DNA of 64,000 nucleotides, from the NCBI RefSeq assembly GCF_009914755.1, contig NC_060932.1. One strand, 5' to 3'. This DNA comes from the human T2T-CHM13v2.0 reference genome, Homo sapiens. The translations under genes and the position numbers were made by a program. Under the pieces are notes generated by a model. It was not told the DNA's origin. It saw only the letters and a list, made by a program, of their open reading frames with translations, and did no database searches. The first letter of the stretch is position 1. Every line of letters begins with the position of its first letter. Shown here in pieces: positions 1 through 17,029 of the stretch.

Positions 1-370
1 AATTCTTCCCAGCGTTTAGTCATAAAAAAGCTCTTTTGCTAACATTTTTGAAAGTTTTTTTTTTCCTGAATTTTGGATTCTAGGCTGACAGTTTTCCTTT
101 TTCTTTCAGCATTTCAGTCATGGTATTCTGTTGTCTTCTGTTCTGCATGATTTCTGATGAGGAGTCTGCTTTCATTTTGTAGCTTTGTTTCTTTACATGT
201 GATGTGTTTTTCTCCTTAACACTAGTTTTCAGCAATTTGATTATAATATGCCTTGGTATGTTTTTAATTCTCTTCTGCTTGGGGTTTGCTGAATTTCTTG
301 GATATTTGGGTTTATAGTTTTCTTCAAATTGCTTGATAGTGTCCCACGTCCCATTAAAGCTTTGTTCAGT
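1..370 (-). mobile_element. Old L1 (L1M-type) ORF1 fragment
   Basis: Minus-strand translation 'TWDTIKQ...PRHIIIKLLKT..KEK' resembles the L1 ORF1p PRHII motif; degenerate. Confidence 0.65.
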
Positions 371-379
371 TATTTTAGT

Positions 380-691
380 CTCTCTCTCTCTTTTTTTTTT
401 TTTTTTTTTTTGAGACGGAGTCTGTCTCTGTCGCCCAGGCTGGAATGCAGTAGCGCGATCTCGGCTCACTGCAATTTCTGCCTCCTGAGTTTAAGCAATT
501 CTCCTGCCTCAGGCTCCTGAGTAGCTAGGATTACAGGCACATGCCACCACGCCCAGCTAATTTTTGTATTTTTGCTAGAGACGGGGTTTCACCATGTTGG
601 TCAGGCTGGTCTCGAACTCCTGACCTTGTGATCCGCCCGCCTCGGCCTCCCAGAGTGCTGGGATTACAGGTGTGAGCCACCGCGCTGGGCC
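380..691 (-). mobile_element. AluS (Sg-like), full length
   Basis: Poly-T/CT tail, both arms present; TATTTTAGT flanks both ends (371-379 and 692-700). Confidence 0.93.
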
Positions 692-1344
692 TATTTTAGT
701 GTTTTATCTTTCCTGGTCCTCGATTTCCTGGGAACTCCTCAGAGACTAGTCAGCTAGTGGGAGAAGAGAGGGAAGCATTTGTTCCTACATTTCCATCTTC
801 TGCATATATGATTGCAAAGTAGTTTGCTGGTGTCTCATGCTGCATGGTGGCTTTAGGCAATGCAAATGAAAGTGTACATTGAATTGGTCTCCATAGCAGC
901 GGCCAGAATATGAGGTAGGGTGATATACAAGAGAAGTTCTGTACTCTCCATGTGTGGTTACAGTTGGGAAAATGACAAATGGTGGAGGGTTTGTGGGGTT
1001 AAGGAAAGAGCAGGTTACATACAGTATACTATAGTAGCATCCTGATTTTTTTTAATCTATTTTTGTTTTATTGTTCTTCTATTTTATCTTGCATGTTTAT
1101 TAACCTTCAGTATAAACTTGTTGCTCACAGACATATTGAAATGTTTTCTTACTTTGAGGCTTTGTTATTTAGAAAATTTAATTACATAATTCACTTTATT
1201 CATAGACAAAACCAAATGAATAAGGGATCAACAAATTAGATATTCCAGGGCAGAAATTTTAAAAATAATTTTCCATGTTACTATCAAGTAGAGTCCTGCA
1301 TGTAATGTAAATACTTCATAAATACTTCTGAGAGAAAGTATTAG

Positions 1345-1570
1345 GATAGAGGGCTGTGGATCAGGTTGCCTGGATTTAAATTCTAATTTTTCCTCTTTTT
1401 AGTAGTATGACATTTCATACCTTAATATATCGGTGTGTGTCTTGGTTTTCCCATTTGAAAAACTAGTATAATGATAGTACCTCCCTCATAGAGTTATTAT
1501 GGAAGGATTCAACGTGTTAACAGATAAAAGAAATCTAGAACAATGCAGGTTTGCTAGTAAATCCTTTCTA
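1345..1570 (+). mobile_element. MIR
   Basis: MIR core 'ggttttcccatttgaaaaa...ataatgatagtacctccctcatagagttattatgg'. Confidence 0.7.
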
Positions 1571-1885
1571 AGTGTTAAGAAGCACTATTTTTATTTTTAC
1601 TCAGGATGATTGCCTTGATTATGTAGTAATTGCTTGAGCAGTATATGTGTAGGTGAATATGTGTGTATGGACATCATTCTAGTTTGTATTTTTATATTAT
1701 TCAGAGTTTCTGAAATAGTGGAACTTAAAGTTAGCAGAATTGCATATCTATTTTGTTTAAGTAGTATGTTTGCATACATACTTTGGATGTATACCCTTTC
1801 TTCCCTTGCAACCTAAGTCATTTAGTATTTTGTTGTCTGTAAATGCTATTTACTGTATTGCGATTCTTTCTGTTTTCTTGTGCAG

Positions 1886-2067
1886 GACCAAAAGATCTCA
1901 GATTGCTATAACTGAAGGTATATTTGAACTTCCAAATCTCACAATTCAAGCTACAAGAGCACAGACACTTCTCTTGCAAGCAATATATCAAAGTTGGTCT
2001 CATCTTGGAAATGTCAGCTCTTCCGCAGTGATTGAAGCTTTGATAAATGAAATCTTCCTAAGTATAG
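1886..2067 (+). CDS. VPS13B: Internal coding exon of VPS13B (COH1), probably exon 17; 182 nt
   Basis: Pyrimidine tract plus tgcAG acceptor (1884-1885); donor AG|GTAAGA at 2068. Open frame TKRSQIAITEGIFELPNLTIQATRAQTLLLQAIYQSWSHLGNVSSSAVIEALINEIFLSI recognised as VPS13B. Length and phase (starts on codon base 3, ends on base 1) fit my recollection of c.2334-2515. Confidence 0.9.
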
Positions 2068-2841
2068 GTAAGAGCACAGTCTTTTTGATAACTATATGGA
2101 AAATTTGTGTTAGAGGCAACTAATATTTTATTATGAAAATCCATATGTCTAGCATGGTCAACTTAAATTGTAATATGTTTCTTTGAATGTAGATATTTAT
2201 AGCTTATGTTTAAAATCCAGATTATGAGTTAAGCCATCCAGTTTTATTTCCTCGTACCTATTTCTGCATATGTTTCATAATTGCAAAAGATTATTTTTCA
2301 CCAGCTTCTTGTATAATTTACCCTTTGGATAACTTTTGAGGGTATCAATGTATGTGTTTGAAATGATAACCAAATTAAGTATAAGTACAGTATGTTTGAT
2401 TATACTGGTAAAATGAAATAAATTCTTACTCATAATATTTGGTTAGTTTGGTAAACAATTTTTGTGTGTGTGTGTGAAAAGCATTAATCTGGCACCCTTA
2501 AGGAGTTAATTAACTACTAAAAATACAAATTTCTGCTTTCATATCACTATAAGAGATATCTTCATCTTATCACTCAGTTTGCATGTAAACAAAAAATTAT
2601 AGAAGCTTTTTAAAGTTGTTTCAGTTCAAAATAATAATGTTATGTTTGTCAGTAACACAAAAGTAGTTTTTAAAGGTTATAATTTAAGTGTAATTATGCT
2701 TAAAGTAACATTATTTTTAATTTATCTGTTAAAATAAAGCGACTTTTGTTCTTATATGATGCTTTTGAAGGTTTTAATTTCAGACCTGACATCATAATTA
2801 GAGTTTTCTTATTTGGCCTAGCCATTAACTAATGTAAAATA

Positions 2842-3167
2842 CAGGTTGATTATCCCTTATCCAAAGTGCTTGGTACCAGAGTGATTCAAATTTCAGATTT
2901 TTTTCAGATTTGGAATGTTTGCACATACATAATGAGATATACTGGAGATGTGACTCAAGTCTAAATATGAAATTCATTTACATTTCATATACACCTTATA
3001 CACATAGTCTGAAGGTAATTTTATACGATATTTTTAATAATTTTGTGTGACTTAATCACATGAGGTCAGGCGTGGAATTTTCTACTTGTATCATGTCAGT
3101 GCCCAAAGAGTTTTGAATTTTGAAGCATTTCAGATTTTGGGTTTTCAGATTAGGGATGTTCAAGTTG
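2842..3167 (+). mobile_element. Tigger4/MER46-type TcMar MITE
   Basis: TA on both sides; TIRs caggttgattatccc / gggatgttcaagttg; typical 'tttcagattt' internal repeats. Confidence 0.8.
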
Positions 3168-3751
3168 TAGTAGTTTTGGTGCTGGCTTTTAGCATTATAT
3201 AAAGAATAACAAGATAAATGTTGCAGTAGGCTAGAGGTTCTTCACTCGGAGCTTATGAAAAGACTTAGAGTTTTCTGAACCCCCTGAAGTAGTATGCAAA
3301 TTTTAGTGTGTATATAAACACACACAGACATACATATTTGTATCCTCTTTTTGAATTGAACTTACTGCTCCTGTCTAACTGAAACTTTGTACCCTCTGAA
3401 CAGGATCTTCCTGTTACATACCCACCCCCACTCCATTCCGCCTACGTTTGGTAACCACCGTTCTACTCTAACTACCATTCTACTCTCTACTTCTATGAGT
3501 TTGACTTTTTTAGATACCACATTTAAGTGAGATCCTGCAGTACCTGGCTTATTTCACTTAGTATAATGTCCTCCAGGTTCAACTGTGTTGTCTTAAACGA
3601 CAGAATTTCCTTCTTTATTTAAGGCAGAATAGTAATCTATTGCGGATATATGCCATATTTTCTTTATCCATTCATCCCTTGATGGATACTTATACTGATT
3701 TCATATCTTGGCTATTGTACAGTGAACATGGCTGTGCAGATATCTCTCTAA

Positions 3752-4139
<388 letters not shown>

Positions 4140-5477
4140 GGTTGTATTAATTTTCATTCCCACCAATGGTATTCTCTTTTTCTCCACATCCTTGCTAACA
4201 CTTATCTTTCATCATTTTGAGAATGGCCATTCTAACAGGTATGTGGTTATATCTCATTGTGAATTTAATTTACATTTCTCTAGTAATTAATGATGTTGAG
4301 TATGTTTTCATATACTTGTTGGCCATTTGTATGAACCATTTATATGTTGGCCGTTTGCATTGTTCAGGAACCCGTTGGCCATTTGTCATCTTTTGAGAAA
4401 TGTCTGTTCAGGTCCTGTGCCCATTTTAAAATTGAGTTATTTGTTTTCTTATTATTGAGTTGAGTTCCTTAGATATTTTGGATAACAACTCTTTATCAGA
4501 GGGATGGTTTGTAAATTTTTCTCCCAGTTTCTGTGTTCTTCCTTCATTCTGTTAATTGTTTCTTTTGCCGTGCAGAAGTTTTTGTTTGATGCAGTCCCAT
4601 TTTTCTGTTATTGCTTTCATTTCCTGTGCTTTTAGGGTTATAGTCAATGCCCAGACCAATGAAGCTTTGTCCATAAGTTTCTTCTAGTAGATTTACGTTT
4701 CAGATCTTATATTTAAGTCTTTAATCCCTTCTGAATTGGTTTTTCCTCATGGTGTTAGATAAAGATTCAATCTCATTGTTCTGCATGTAGATATCCAGTG
4801 TTCCCAGCAGCATTTATTGAAGAATCTGTTCTTTCCCCATTGTATATTCTTGGCATCTTCATCAAAGATCAATTGTCCATAAATGTGTGGGTTTATTTTG
4901 GATTCTGTCTTGTTTTGTAGGTTGATGTGTCTGTCTTCATGCCAGTACCATGCTGTTTTGATTGCTATAGCCTGTTAGTATAAAGTCAGATAGTGTGATT
5001 TCTTCAGCTTTATTCTTTTTTGTTTAATATTGCTTTTGTTCTTTGAGGTCTTTTATTCCATATGAATTTAAGGATTTTTTTACTGTTTTTGTGAAAAATG
5101 ACATTGGAATTTTGATAGGGGTCGCATTGAATTTGTATATTGCTTTGGGTAATATGGACATTTTAACATTAATTCTCCAAGTTCATTAGCACAGAACATC
5201 TTTCCATTTATTTGTGTTTTTTTTTAGTTTCTTTTATCAGTGTTTTATACTTTTTAGTATACAGACCTTTCATATCCTTGGTTAACTTTATATCCACATA
5301 TTTTTGTTTTTGCTGTTATAAATGGGATTGTTTTCCTAAATTTTTTTTGGATAGTTTTAGTTTTGGACATGTTAATGCATAAAAATGGTACTGATTTTTA
5401 CATGTTGATTTTGTATCCCACACCTTTACTGAATTCACTTATCAGTTCTAAAAGTTTTTGGATGGAGTCTTTAGGGG

Positions 5478-5748
5478 TTTTTTTTTTTTTTTTTTGAGTT
5501 GGAGTCTCCATTTGTCACCCAAGCTGGAGTGCAGTGGTGTGATCTTGGCTCACTGCAACCTCCACCTCCTGGGTTTGTAACTGAGATTATAGGCACGTCA
5601 CCACACCTGGGTAAGTTTTTTGTATTTTAGTAGAGACGGGGTTTCACCATGTTGGTCAGGCTGGTCTTGAACTCCTTACCTCAAGTAATTCACCCACCTC
5701 GTCCTCCTAAAATACTGGGATTACACGTGTGAGCCACTATGCCTGGCT
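5478..5748 (-). mobile_element. AluS with ~30-bp internal deletion, inside L1
   Basis: Poly-T and both arms; the 'caagcgattctcctgcctcagcctccc' segment is missing near 5577. Confidence 0.88.
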
Positions 5749-6955
5749 GGGATTTTTACGTATAAGATCATATTGTCAACAAGTAGAGGCAATTTAACTT
5801 CTTTTTTTTCTATTACAATGCCTTTTCTTTCTTCCTCTTGCTTAGTTTTTCTGAATAGGACTTCCAGTACTGTGTGGAAAAGAAGTAGTGAGAATGAACA
5901 TTCTTGTCAGGTCCCTCATCTTTAAAGATTTCAGCATTTCACTCTTCCATATGATGTTAGCCATGGGCTTGTTCTGCATGTCCTTTATTGTGTTTAGGTA
6001 CATTCCTTCTATACCTAATCTATTAGTAGTTTTGATCACGAGAGGCTGTTGAATTTTGTCAAATGCCTTTTCTGCATCTATTGAGATGATGATATGACTT
6101 TTGTCCTTTATTTTGTTAATGTGGTGTATCATATTTATTGACTTGTATTTGTTGAACCATCCTTGCATCCCAAGGATAAATACCACTGTATCATGGCAAA
6201 AGATTATTTTAATGTGTTGTTGAATTTCATTTAATATTTTGTTGAGAATTTTTACATCTATGTTCACCAGAGATATTGGTCTGTAAGTTTGTTTTCTTGT
6301 AGTGCCCTTGTCTGGCTTTGGTATGAGGATAATGCTAGCCTTCTAAAATGAGTTTGAAAGTATTCTCTCTTCAGATTTTTGGAAGAGTTTGAGAAGTGAT
6401 CAATATTAGTTGTTCTGGTAGAATTCATCCAGTCCAGAACTTTTCTTTGATGGGGACTTTTTGTTACTGATTCACTCTTCTTACTCATTATTGGTCTACT
6501 CGTATTTTCCATTCTTTCATGATTGAGTCTTGATAGGTTAAATGTGTCTGGGAATTTATTAATTTCTTTTAGCTTATCCAATCCATTGGTGTAGCATTGT
6601 TCACAGTAGTCGATTCTGATGAGTCTCTATATTTCTGTTGTTTCTATCAGCTGTAATCTCTCCACTTTTATTTTTAATTTTATTTATTTGAGCATGCTCC
6701 TTTTTCTTAGTCTATTGAAGGGTTTATCTTGTCAAAAAACCAAATCTTATACTTCAGCTGCATTTGATAGGTTGTGTATTTTGTGTTTCCATTTTCATTT
6801 GTCTCAAGATACATTTTGATTTCATCTTTTACCTGTTGGTAATTTAGGAACATGTTGTTTAATTTTCACATATTTGTGGTTTTCCCCAAGATTTCTTTTT
6901 GGGGTGGTGAAAATATTCTGTAATTATATAGTTGTGATGGATTCACAACCTTGCG

Positions 6956-7014
6956 TTAGGTAATCACCATTAATTTGAATGGCAAAAAACACGATTACAT
7001 TTGCACCAACCTAA
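6956..7014. mobile_element. MADE1 (Hsmar1 MITE), one arm partly deleted, nested in an L1M 3' fragment (~6895-7090, +)
   Basis: 'aatggcaaaaaacacgattacatttgcaccaacctaa' is the mariner TIR; the left arm is reduced to 'ttaggtaatcaccatta'. Confidence 0.75.
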
Positions 7015-8182
7015 TATATATGGTAAAATCCACTTAATTACACACTTTGAAAAAATGAGGGTTATGTTATATGAATTTTATCTTCAAAAAACGTTTTAAT
7101 TTGATGATTATTTAAGTAGACTGTGTTATTGCCAATCTTGTGGCCGTTATTTTATATGGATTTACTATTCAAAATCTTACCTTTTTGATGCCAGCCCATC
7201 TATAAGTTAACTCTACAGTAACATCTTCCTTGGCATTAGCACTTATCACTGTGTGAAACTGTCTAATTCATTTATTTGTTTATTTGCTAAATTTCTATTT
7301 CCTGTGATATTTTCTTCAGAGTATTTTTTGGTTTATTGTCTCACAATATTAATGTTTTTTTTAAATTTTAAACTTTTATTTTTATTAATTGGCTTAGATA
7401 GCCTGAACATTTGTGTTAGTAAGCTCATGAAATTATTATTTGCTTTTATAATTTTTCTTTTTCCTAGCCAAACCTATTCCATTTTTACTTTTCTGAATTT
7501 ATAAAATGGACTGTGCTATGAAAAAGCATTTTATTTGAAATTTCCTATTCTAAAAATATTCTGTGTTTAAAAGAATGGTGGCATATGTATTGAAAAATTG
7601 ATTAGGTAAGTGACAACAGATTGTTATTTGTAACCTCAAGTTCTGTCATTTAGAAACCTAAAATTAGTGGAACTAATTTTTGCATATTGAGGAGTTGAAG
7701 AAATTAGAATGATGTTAAGACATTTCTTTGCCAAATAATTTTATTTTTATCAAATGGAATGCCTATAAAATTTATAACAGATTAAAGAGAAACCATCAGC
7801 TAAGACAGTTTTAAAAAGCCAGATTTCCAGGTGGTCAGTTTTCTTGTCTTTTTTCCCCCCGAGAACAAAACCTCATTCTGTGCTTTGTATTCTTATGGAG
7901 TGCTTAAAGGATTGTGCCTTCAAATAGTTCTATCTAAAGATCCACGAAATGTGTATGTATTTAGGGTGTAAAGTTTTAGCATTTTATTATTTTGCGTCTG
8001 AGGACTCTCATTACATAGTACTCAGCACTGTTAAGCTTTGTTTAATATGTTTTGTGTAAGTATGTGATCCTTTGCTTTACAACTAGTTTTCATTTCCCAC
8101 ATTAATAAAGAGATTATACAAGCTGTGTACATTTTTGGATCTCTCAGACTTAGGTTCTGATAATGTGTGAAAGAAGAACCAT

Positions 8183-8481
8183 TATTATTATCATTATATA
8201 TATTTTTTTGAGATGGAGTCTCGCTCTGTCACCCAGGCTAGAGTGCAGTGGCATGATCTCGGCTCACTGCAAGCTCCGCCTCCTGGGTTCATGCCATTTT
8301 CCTCCCGAGTAGCTGGGACTACAGGTGCCTGCCACCACACCCGGCTAAGATTTTGTATTTTTAGTGGAGATGGGGTTTCACCGTGTTAGCCAGGATGGTC
8401 TCGATCTCCTGACCTCGTGATCCGTCTGCCTCGGCCTCCCAAAGTGCTGGGATTACAGGCATGAGCCACCACACCCGGCCC
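8183..8481 (-). mobile_element. AluY
   Basis: Y diagnostics 'gcaagctccgcc', 'accgtgttagccaggatggtctcgatc'; AGAACCAT flanks both ends. Confidence 0.92.
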
Positions 8482-8879
8482 AGAACCATAATTTTTAAAG
8501 TCTACGTTTGACTGTACACCACCTTTCATCATAATCTCATGCCTCTAGCCTACCCTCCTACTTGCTGTCTTAATTCATATTATTGATAGTTACCTACCAA
8601 CAATATCCAGTTTTTTCCTGTGTATGGCTTTTTCTTCTATCTGGAACCTAATTCTGTTTGATTACATTCTCCTACAGTTTCCTCTCTTCTTTGAGCACTA
8701 GCTTTATTTTAACATTAGTCTTTTTCCTTTAATTTAACACTATGCTAATTACAGTCTACTTGTACTTCAGAAAAATTACGTTCTCTTACACATTCCTACC
8801 TTTTTTTCAGGTATTCTCCCCTCTTCCATGTCAGAAATATTTTATTCTTTCTTTTCCTTTCCCTTCCTTCTGTTAAGTT

Positions 8880-9870
8880 TTTAAAAACAGTTTTATTTAT
8901 ATAAAATTTTTGTACCACACTATTTATTCCTTTTCAGGTATGCAGTTTAGTGGCTTTTAATATATTCACAGAGTTGTATATCCATTACCATAATCAATTT
9001 TAGAACGTTTCCAGCATCCCTGAATGAATCCTTGCATTCCCTAGCTATCACTCCTGGAGCCTCCCATTTTCCCAGCAATAGGCAAATACTAATCTACTTT
9101 TTGTCTGTATGGATGTGCCTATTGTGGATGCTTCATATAAATGAATTACATAAAATGCAGTTCTTTGTGACTGCATATTAGTGCATTTTTCCACTTAGCA
9201 TACTATTTCAAAGTTTGCCCATATTATAGCATATGTCGGTGCTCATTCCTTTTTATTGCCAAATAGTATTCCATTTTATCCATATACCATATTTTGTTAA
9301 TTCATTCATCAGTTGATGGACCTTTGCATTGTTTCTACTTCTGAATATTGTGAATAATGTTGCTTTGAATATTCAAGTACAGGTTTTTTTTTGTGAATGT
9401 ATGCTTTTATTTCTTTTGTGTATATATACCTATAAATATAATTGCTGGGTCATATGGTAATTTTATTTGTAACCTTTTGAGGAGCTGCCAGACTGTTTTC
9501 CAAACCAGCTGTACCATTGTACTTTCCATTGGCAATGTGTGATGGTTCTAATCTCTCCACATCCTCCTCATATTGTTATCTGTCTTTTGTGTTCCAGCCA
9601 TCATTGTAGGTGTGAAGTGGCATCATTATGATTTTCATTTTCATTTCCCTCATGGCTAATGATATTGAGTATCTTTTTGTGTATTTATTAGCTATTTCTA
9701 TCTCTTCTATGGAGAAATTATTCAAATCCTTTGCTTATTTTAAGATCTGCCTCTTTTTCTTTTAAATTGTGAGATTTCTTTATATATTTTAGATAAAAGT
9801 TTCTTATCAGATATGATTTGCAAATGTTTCCTGTAATTTTGTGGGTTGTCTTTTTACTTTTCTGATGGTG
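8880..9870 (-). mobile_element. L1MB-type 3' end
   Basis: Typical L1MB 3'UTR ('aatatattcacagagttgt', 'ctaatctactttttgtctgtatggat') and ORF2 C-terminal region. Confidence 0.8.
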
Positions 9871-11453
9871 ACCTTTTGTCTAATTTTTTTCATTACCCTC
9901 AAGTACATCTTCTTTACATTGGACCTTGTTATCATTTAGAAATGGTTTATCCCTTTGATACTGATATTGATTCTTGGTCATCATCATTACTTTTAGTCCT
10001 TTTATTTTTTTCATTTTTTTTAATATCACAGAATCCTTCTTGGTCTTATTCTTTAGCTTCATTCCCATTGGCCAACATTTTCTATGACACTATAATTTTA
10101 GACTATTTTTCTTTCCTTTCTCTGTTTATCTTTGTTTTCTCCATGCCTGTTCTGTCATTCCTGTTTGCAAATAAGAAATGTGTATATGTTTCACTTTTAC
10201 TACCACCAAAATAACTGTATCTGACCTGAATTAAACTGTTACTGATTTCTGATATTCTTATAAAATGCATGTATATAATTGAGTTCCAGTTTTACCATTT
10301 CTTTCATTATAAATTGTGATTTATTAGCGAGTTTTGAAATCAACTTCATTGATTACTACTAAGAATTTGAAAAGACTAGAATAGAAACTTTGTGCCTCAG
10401 TCTTCTCATTCTAAATGTTGGACTAATGTGCCACCAAAAGCAATAACAAATTTAACTTCAAGCATCAAAACTGCAAAGTGCTTTTAGTAAGAAAAGTTTT
10501 TCTTTGATAAATGCTATATCCAAAAGTAAGAGATAAATTTTGAGTGTTGAATCAGTCACTAATTTCTATTTTGTGAATGAGTTTAAGAGGCTTTAAGAGA
10601 ATATCTGTGGATGTTGAATTATGTTTTATGATGCTACAATAATGAATCCTTCCTCAGCTCTTGCAAAAATCAAATTAAAAGTATATTAAAATAAAAAAGA
10701 AAATGTTATATGCTAGTGCTTGCTAGGGATTTGATTTTGTGCATTGAATTATAGTAATCTTTATGTTACATATAAATACTGGTTTAGTGAATGTCTTACT
10801 ATTTCTGTTGCGCATTATTTTCACTTTTCAACTATTGACACTTAGGAAAGATCACTGAATTGGAGTGTGAAGATTTTCTCAATAACTATATATGACTAAA
10901 TAAAGGTCAGTTTGTTTCATTAAGTTTTAGTTAATTTTCTCATCTATAAAATAATGAAAATATGTTTATAGCTGCTCATAGAGTTCTTGCAAATGCCAAA
11001 TATATTATTGTTTGTGGGCTTAATCTGTTGTTCTTGTCCTAGACATAGACCTTGCTGGAATCATCCATCTAAAGATATTACCTATGGAAGTTGTTCTAGG
11101 ATATAAAGTTCTTGGAGACTGAGATAACAACAGTCAGAATTGTAGTCTAGGTGATCCGTTATTTTGGTTGCAAGGATGATAGAGTGAAGGTAAATTCAAA
11201 GAGTAAGCCAAGAAAGAAAATAGGATAATGAATAGATATTGATGAGAAAAGAATAAAATTCAAGACATTGGTTAGGTCTGGTTGTTTGAACTTAGTGAAG
11301 AAAGTGTACATTTGTGCCCTGTTAATGTAGCTATTTACAAGAGGCCTCACTAGGCTCACAGAAATGTATGATGAATAAATATTTTCAGTTCTACAGATTC
11401 CCAAGGGGAGGGAGTCAATAGACCTGTGAATGGATGTGACAATGCAATGGGAT

Positions 11454-14524
<3,071 letters not shown>

Positions 14525-16220
14525 CACGAAACTTATACTTTCATTTACTTTTCACATACTTTACAGCTGTCTGCTTAGCATTTTTCATCTAGTGAGCTGT
14601 ATAATGTAAGGACTGGATACCATTAAAGTTACTTGGATAGACTGAGTTGGCTCACCTATTTTAGATTGATATGTCTCATTTATTAATTTCATTGGCTTCT
14701 TACCAGGAATATTGTTGTTGGCAGGTTATATATCCTTTTTTACAGATGGGAACATTTATGCTTAGAACAATTTAGTGTTTTTCTTAAATATCATCCCGCA
14801 GCTATTCACTGACTAAGTCATTTTTTGAAGCCAGGCCTTTGGAATTTTCTGCTACCATTATGTCTGCAATACCAAACTATCTCTGGTAAATGAGATCAGA
14901 AATAGAGTAAAGTGTGTTACTTCATTAGAAAATATTAATGAAATTATAGCAAATATTGGAAATTTAATTAAAATAATAAATTATAAAGGATAAAGCAGAG
15001 ATTAAAATTTGAGCTAAATATGTATTATTAATCAGGTTATTGAATATATATTTTTGTTATTCGTGTTTCTGATGGCTCTTAAATCATAGAAATTCTAACC
15101 CTGTCTTTTTGCGAGAAGATTAAATATAAAGTCACACATGGCTTTGGTTTTGCTCTGGAAAACAAGGACTTGCTACCACTTTTCCTTGTTCAGAAGTTCA
15201 TTATTTTGTTGACAGTGTAGTTTCATTAATCTGGTATTTGCAGGGAAATAACTTACAGACTTTAAAATCTGTGCTAAAGGTGATCAAATGGACATTCGAA
15301 TCCCTCATTTAAGTTATGTCTTAATGTTAAAATAAAAATCTACTTTCCAGAAAGTAACTGTTAAAGTATTTTATGCAACATTTCATGTGGGATACCTTAA
15401 TGGTTGAATAATAAATTTTACCTCATAAAAATGAAATTCAATAATACAGTAGCTTTCTCAGCGCAGTAGCATCTGGTCTATTCTCATGAGAGCCAATATT
15501 TTCCAACTCATTAGGATCATGTCGTTCTGTATGTCGTCAACATTGACTTAGCCAAGCAACCTTTACTTACATAACTGCCAAACTATTAAATAGGTCTCTT
15601 GTGGAGTGAAGTCAAATATTCCTCTTACTTTACTTCTGCCTTAGAAGAGGGGAAGAAAATGTACATACTGTAACATTTAAACATCTGGTCTAAAACCACA
15701 TCACTGTAACTGAATAAAGTTATGGAGGTATTCTTCCCAGGTGTGCATATAAAAAGGATTTTGGAGTTGTTGAATAGTTCTTTAATCACTTAGGAAAAAG
15801 ATTGAGGTATATTGATATGATTTTTCTATTCCTCTGTTTTCAAACTACTTCCCCCAACACCATCATGTCTGCTAAATACTTCTAATGTGTTCTAAGATAT
15901 ATATTTTTGAGATGTTATAAAATTTTCTTGCCAGATACAGGCATTGGCTATACATTTATTCTTGCGTAAAAAAAAATGAATTGAGTTAGATTTGTATTGA
16001 GAACTACCAATTAGACCTCTTGATATTTAAATTGGAGTAAAAAGACATTAATTTTTGTGAATCTTGTGAGTTTTAAGGTGTCCCTATATGCACTTTTAAT
16101 AATATGAATATTTATTGAATTTAAAGTTTCCATTTTACTACAGCTTATGTCCAGGTATTGAGAGCTCATTTATAGAATATGTGGTCATTATTAAGAAGTG
16201 AGTAATTAATATAGGTTTAA

Positions 16221-16354
16221 CCCATTTATGCTGGAGGTTGCAATTTTGTGTGTGTGTGTGAAAAATCAGATCTTGGCAATGACTTTGCACAGTAGGATAT
16301 AAATAACTCCCACAAGCTTAGCATTCTAATAATGCAACACTAGGAATAAAGGGG
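16221..16354 (-). mobile_element. MER85 (piggyBac/PGBD3-derived MITE)
   Basis: TTAA at 16217-16220 and 16355-16358; TIRs CCCATTTATGC / GAATAAAGGGG; internal 'cagtaggatataaataactcccaca'. Confidence 0.9.
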
Positions 16355-17029
16355 TTAAAGACACACTTAGAATGTTAAGTTATGCCTGACTTAATTTTGT
16401 TCCTCTATTCTGTCTCAGACATTTTGATAATGTTTGTAAATTTTTTTCTGATGATACTTCATGGCACAGGAATGGGAATTTTAGGTGTCCTTTAGTGAAA
16501 GAAAATATATAAAGTGTAAGTGTACAGAGTAGATTTGAGAAAAATGCAATTCTTTGAATTATTATTTAAGTATATTTTATTGGATATTTGAAAAGTAGGC
16601 AATATGAATTTAGTGTGATTTTTCAGTCTTACAGAAAGTCTTTTATGAACATCATAAAAATGTGTCAATAAATTACTGTTGATAATAAAATATTAATAGA
16701 TAAATGAGTTAGATTTCTGCAGAAAAGATACTTTTTTTGCCTTATGTATTTTTTTGCTGTTTATTTGCCTATGTATTCTTTGCTCATGTTTATGTCTTCT
16801 ATTTGTTCACAACCTAAAATGTATTTCTTCTGGTTGTATTCACTTATCAGTCATTTTGAAAATATGTAGTTTGCAATCTGTTCAGTTCTGGGAGCAGATA
16901 GCTAACAAGAAATAGACATGATTTTAGTAATGAATGTAGAATCTTCTGTGTCACCTATTACAAGATCAAGTATGGCTTTAAAAATGGACAAGAGTTAATT
17001 ACATACAGTGAAGAAAGGGACTCTTATTT

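Noticed and set aside
1770-1885. 5' part of the 117-aa ORF 1770-2123
   Set aside because: Intronic pyrimidine-rich sequence before the acceptor; only 1886-2067 behaves as an exon.
3453-3487. Tandem copy of 'aac(c/t)acc(g/a)ttctactct'
   Set aside because: Small local duplication in an L1 3'UTR with no evident function.
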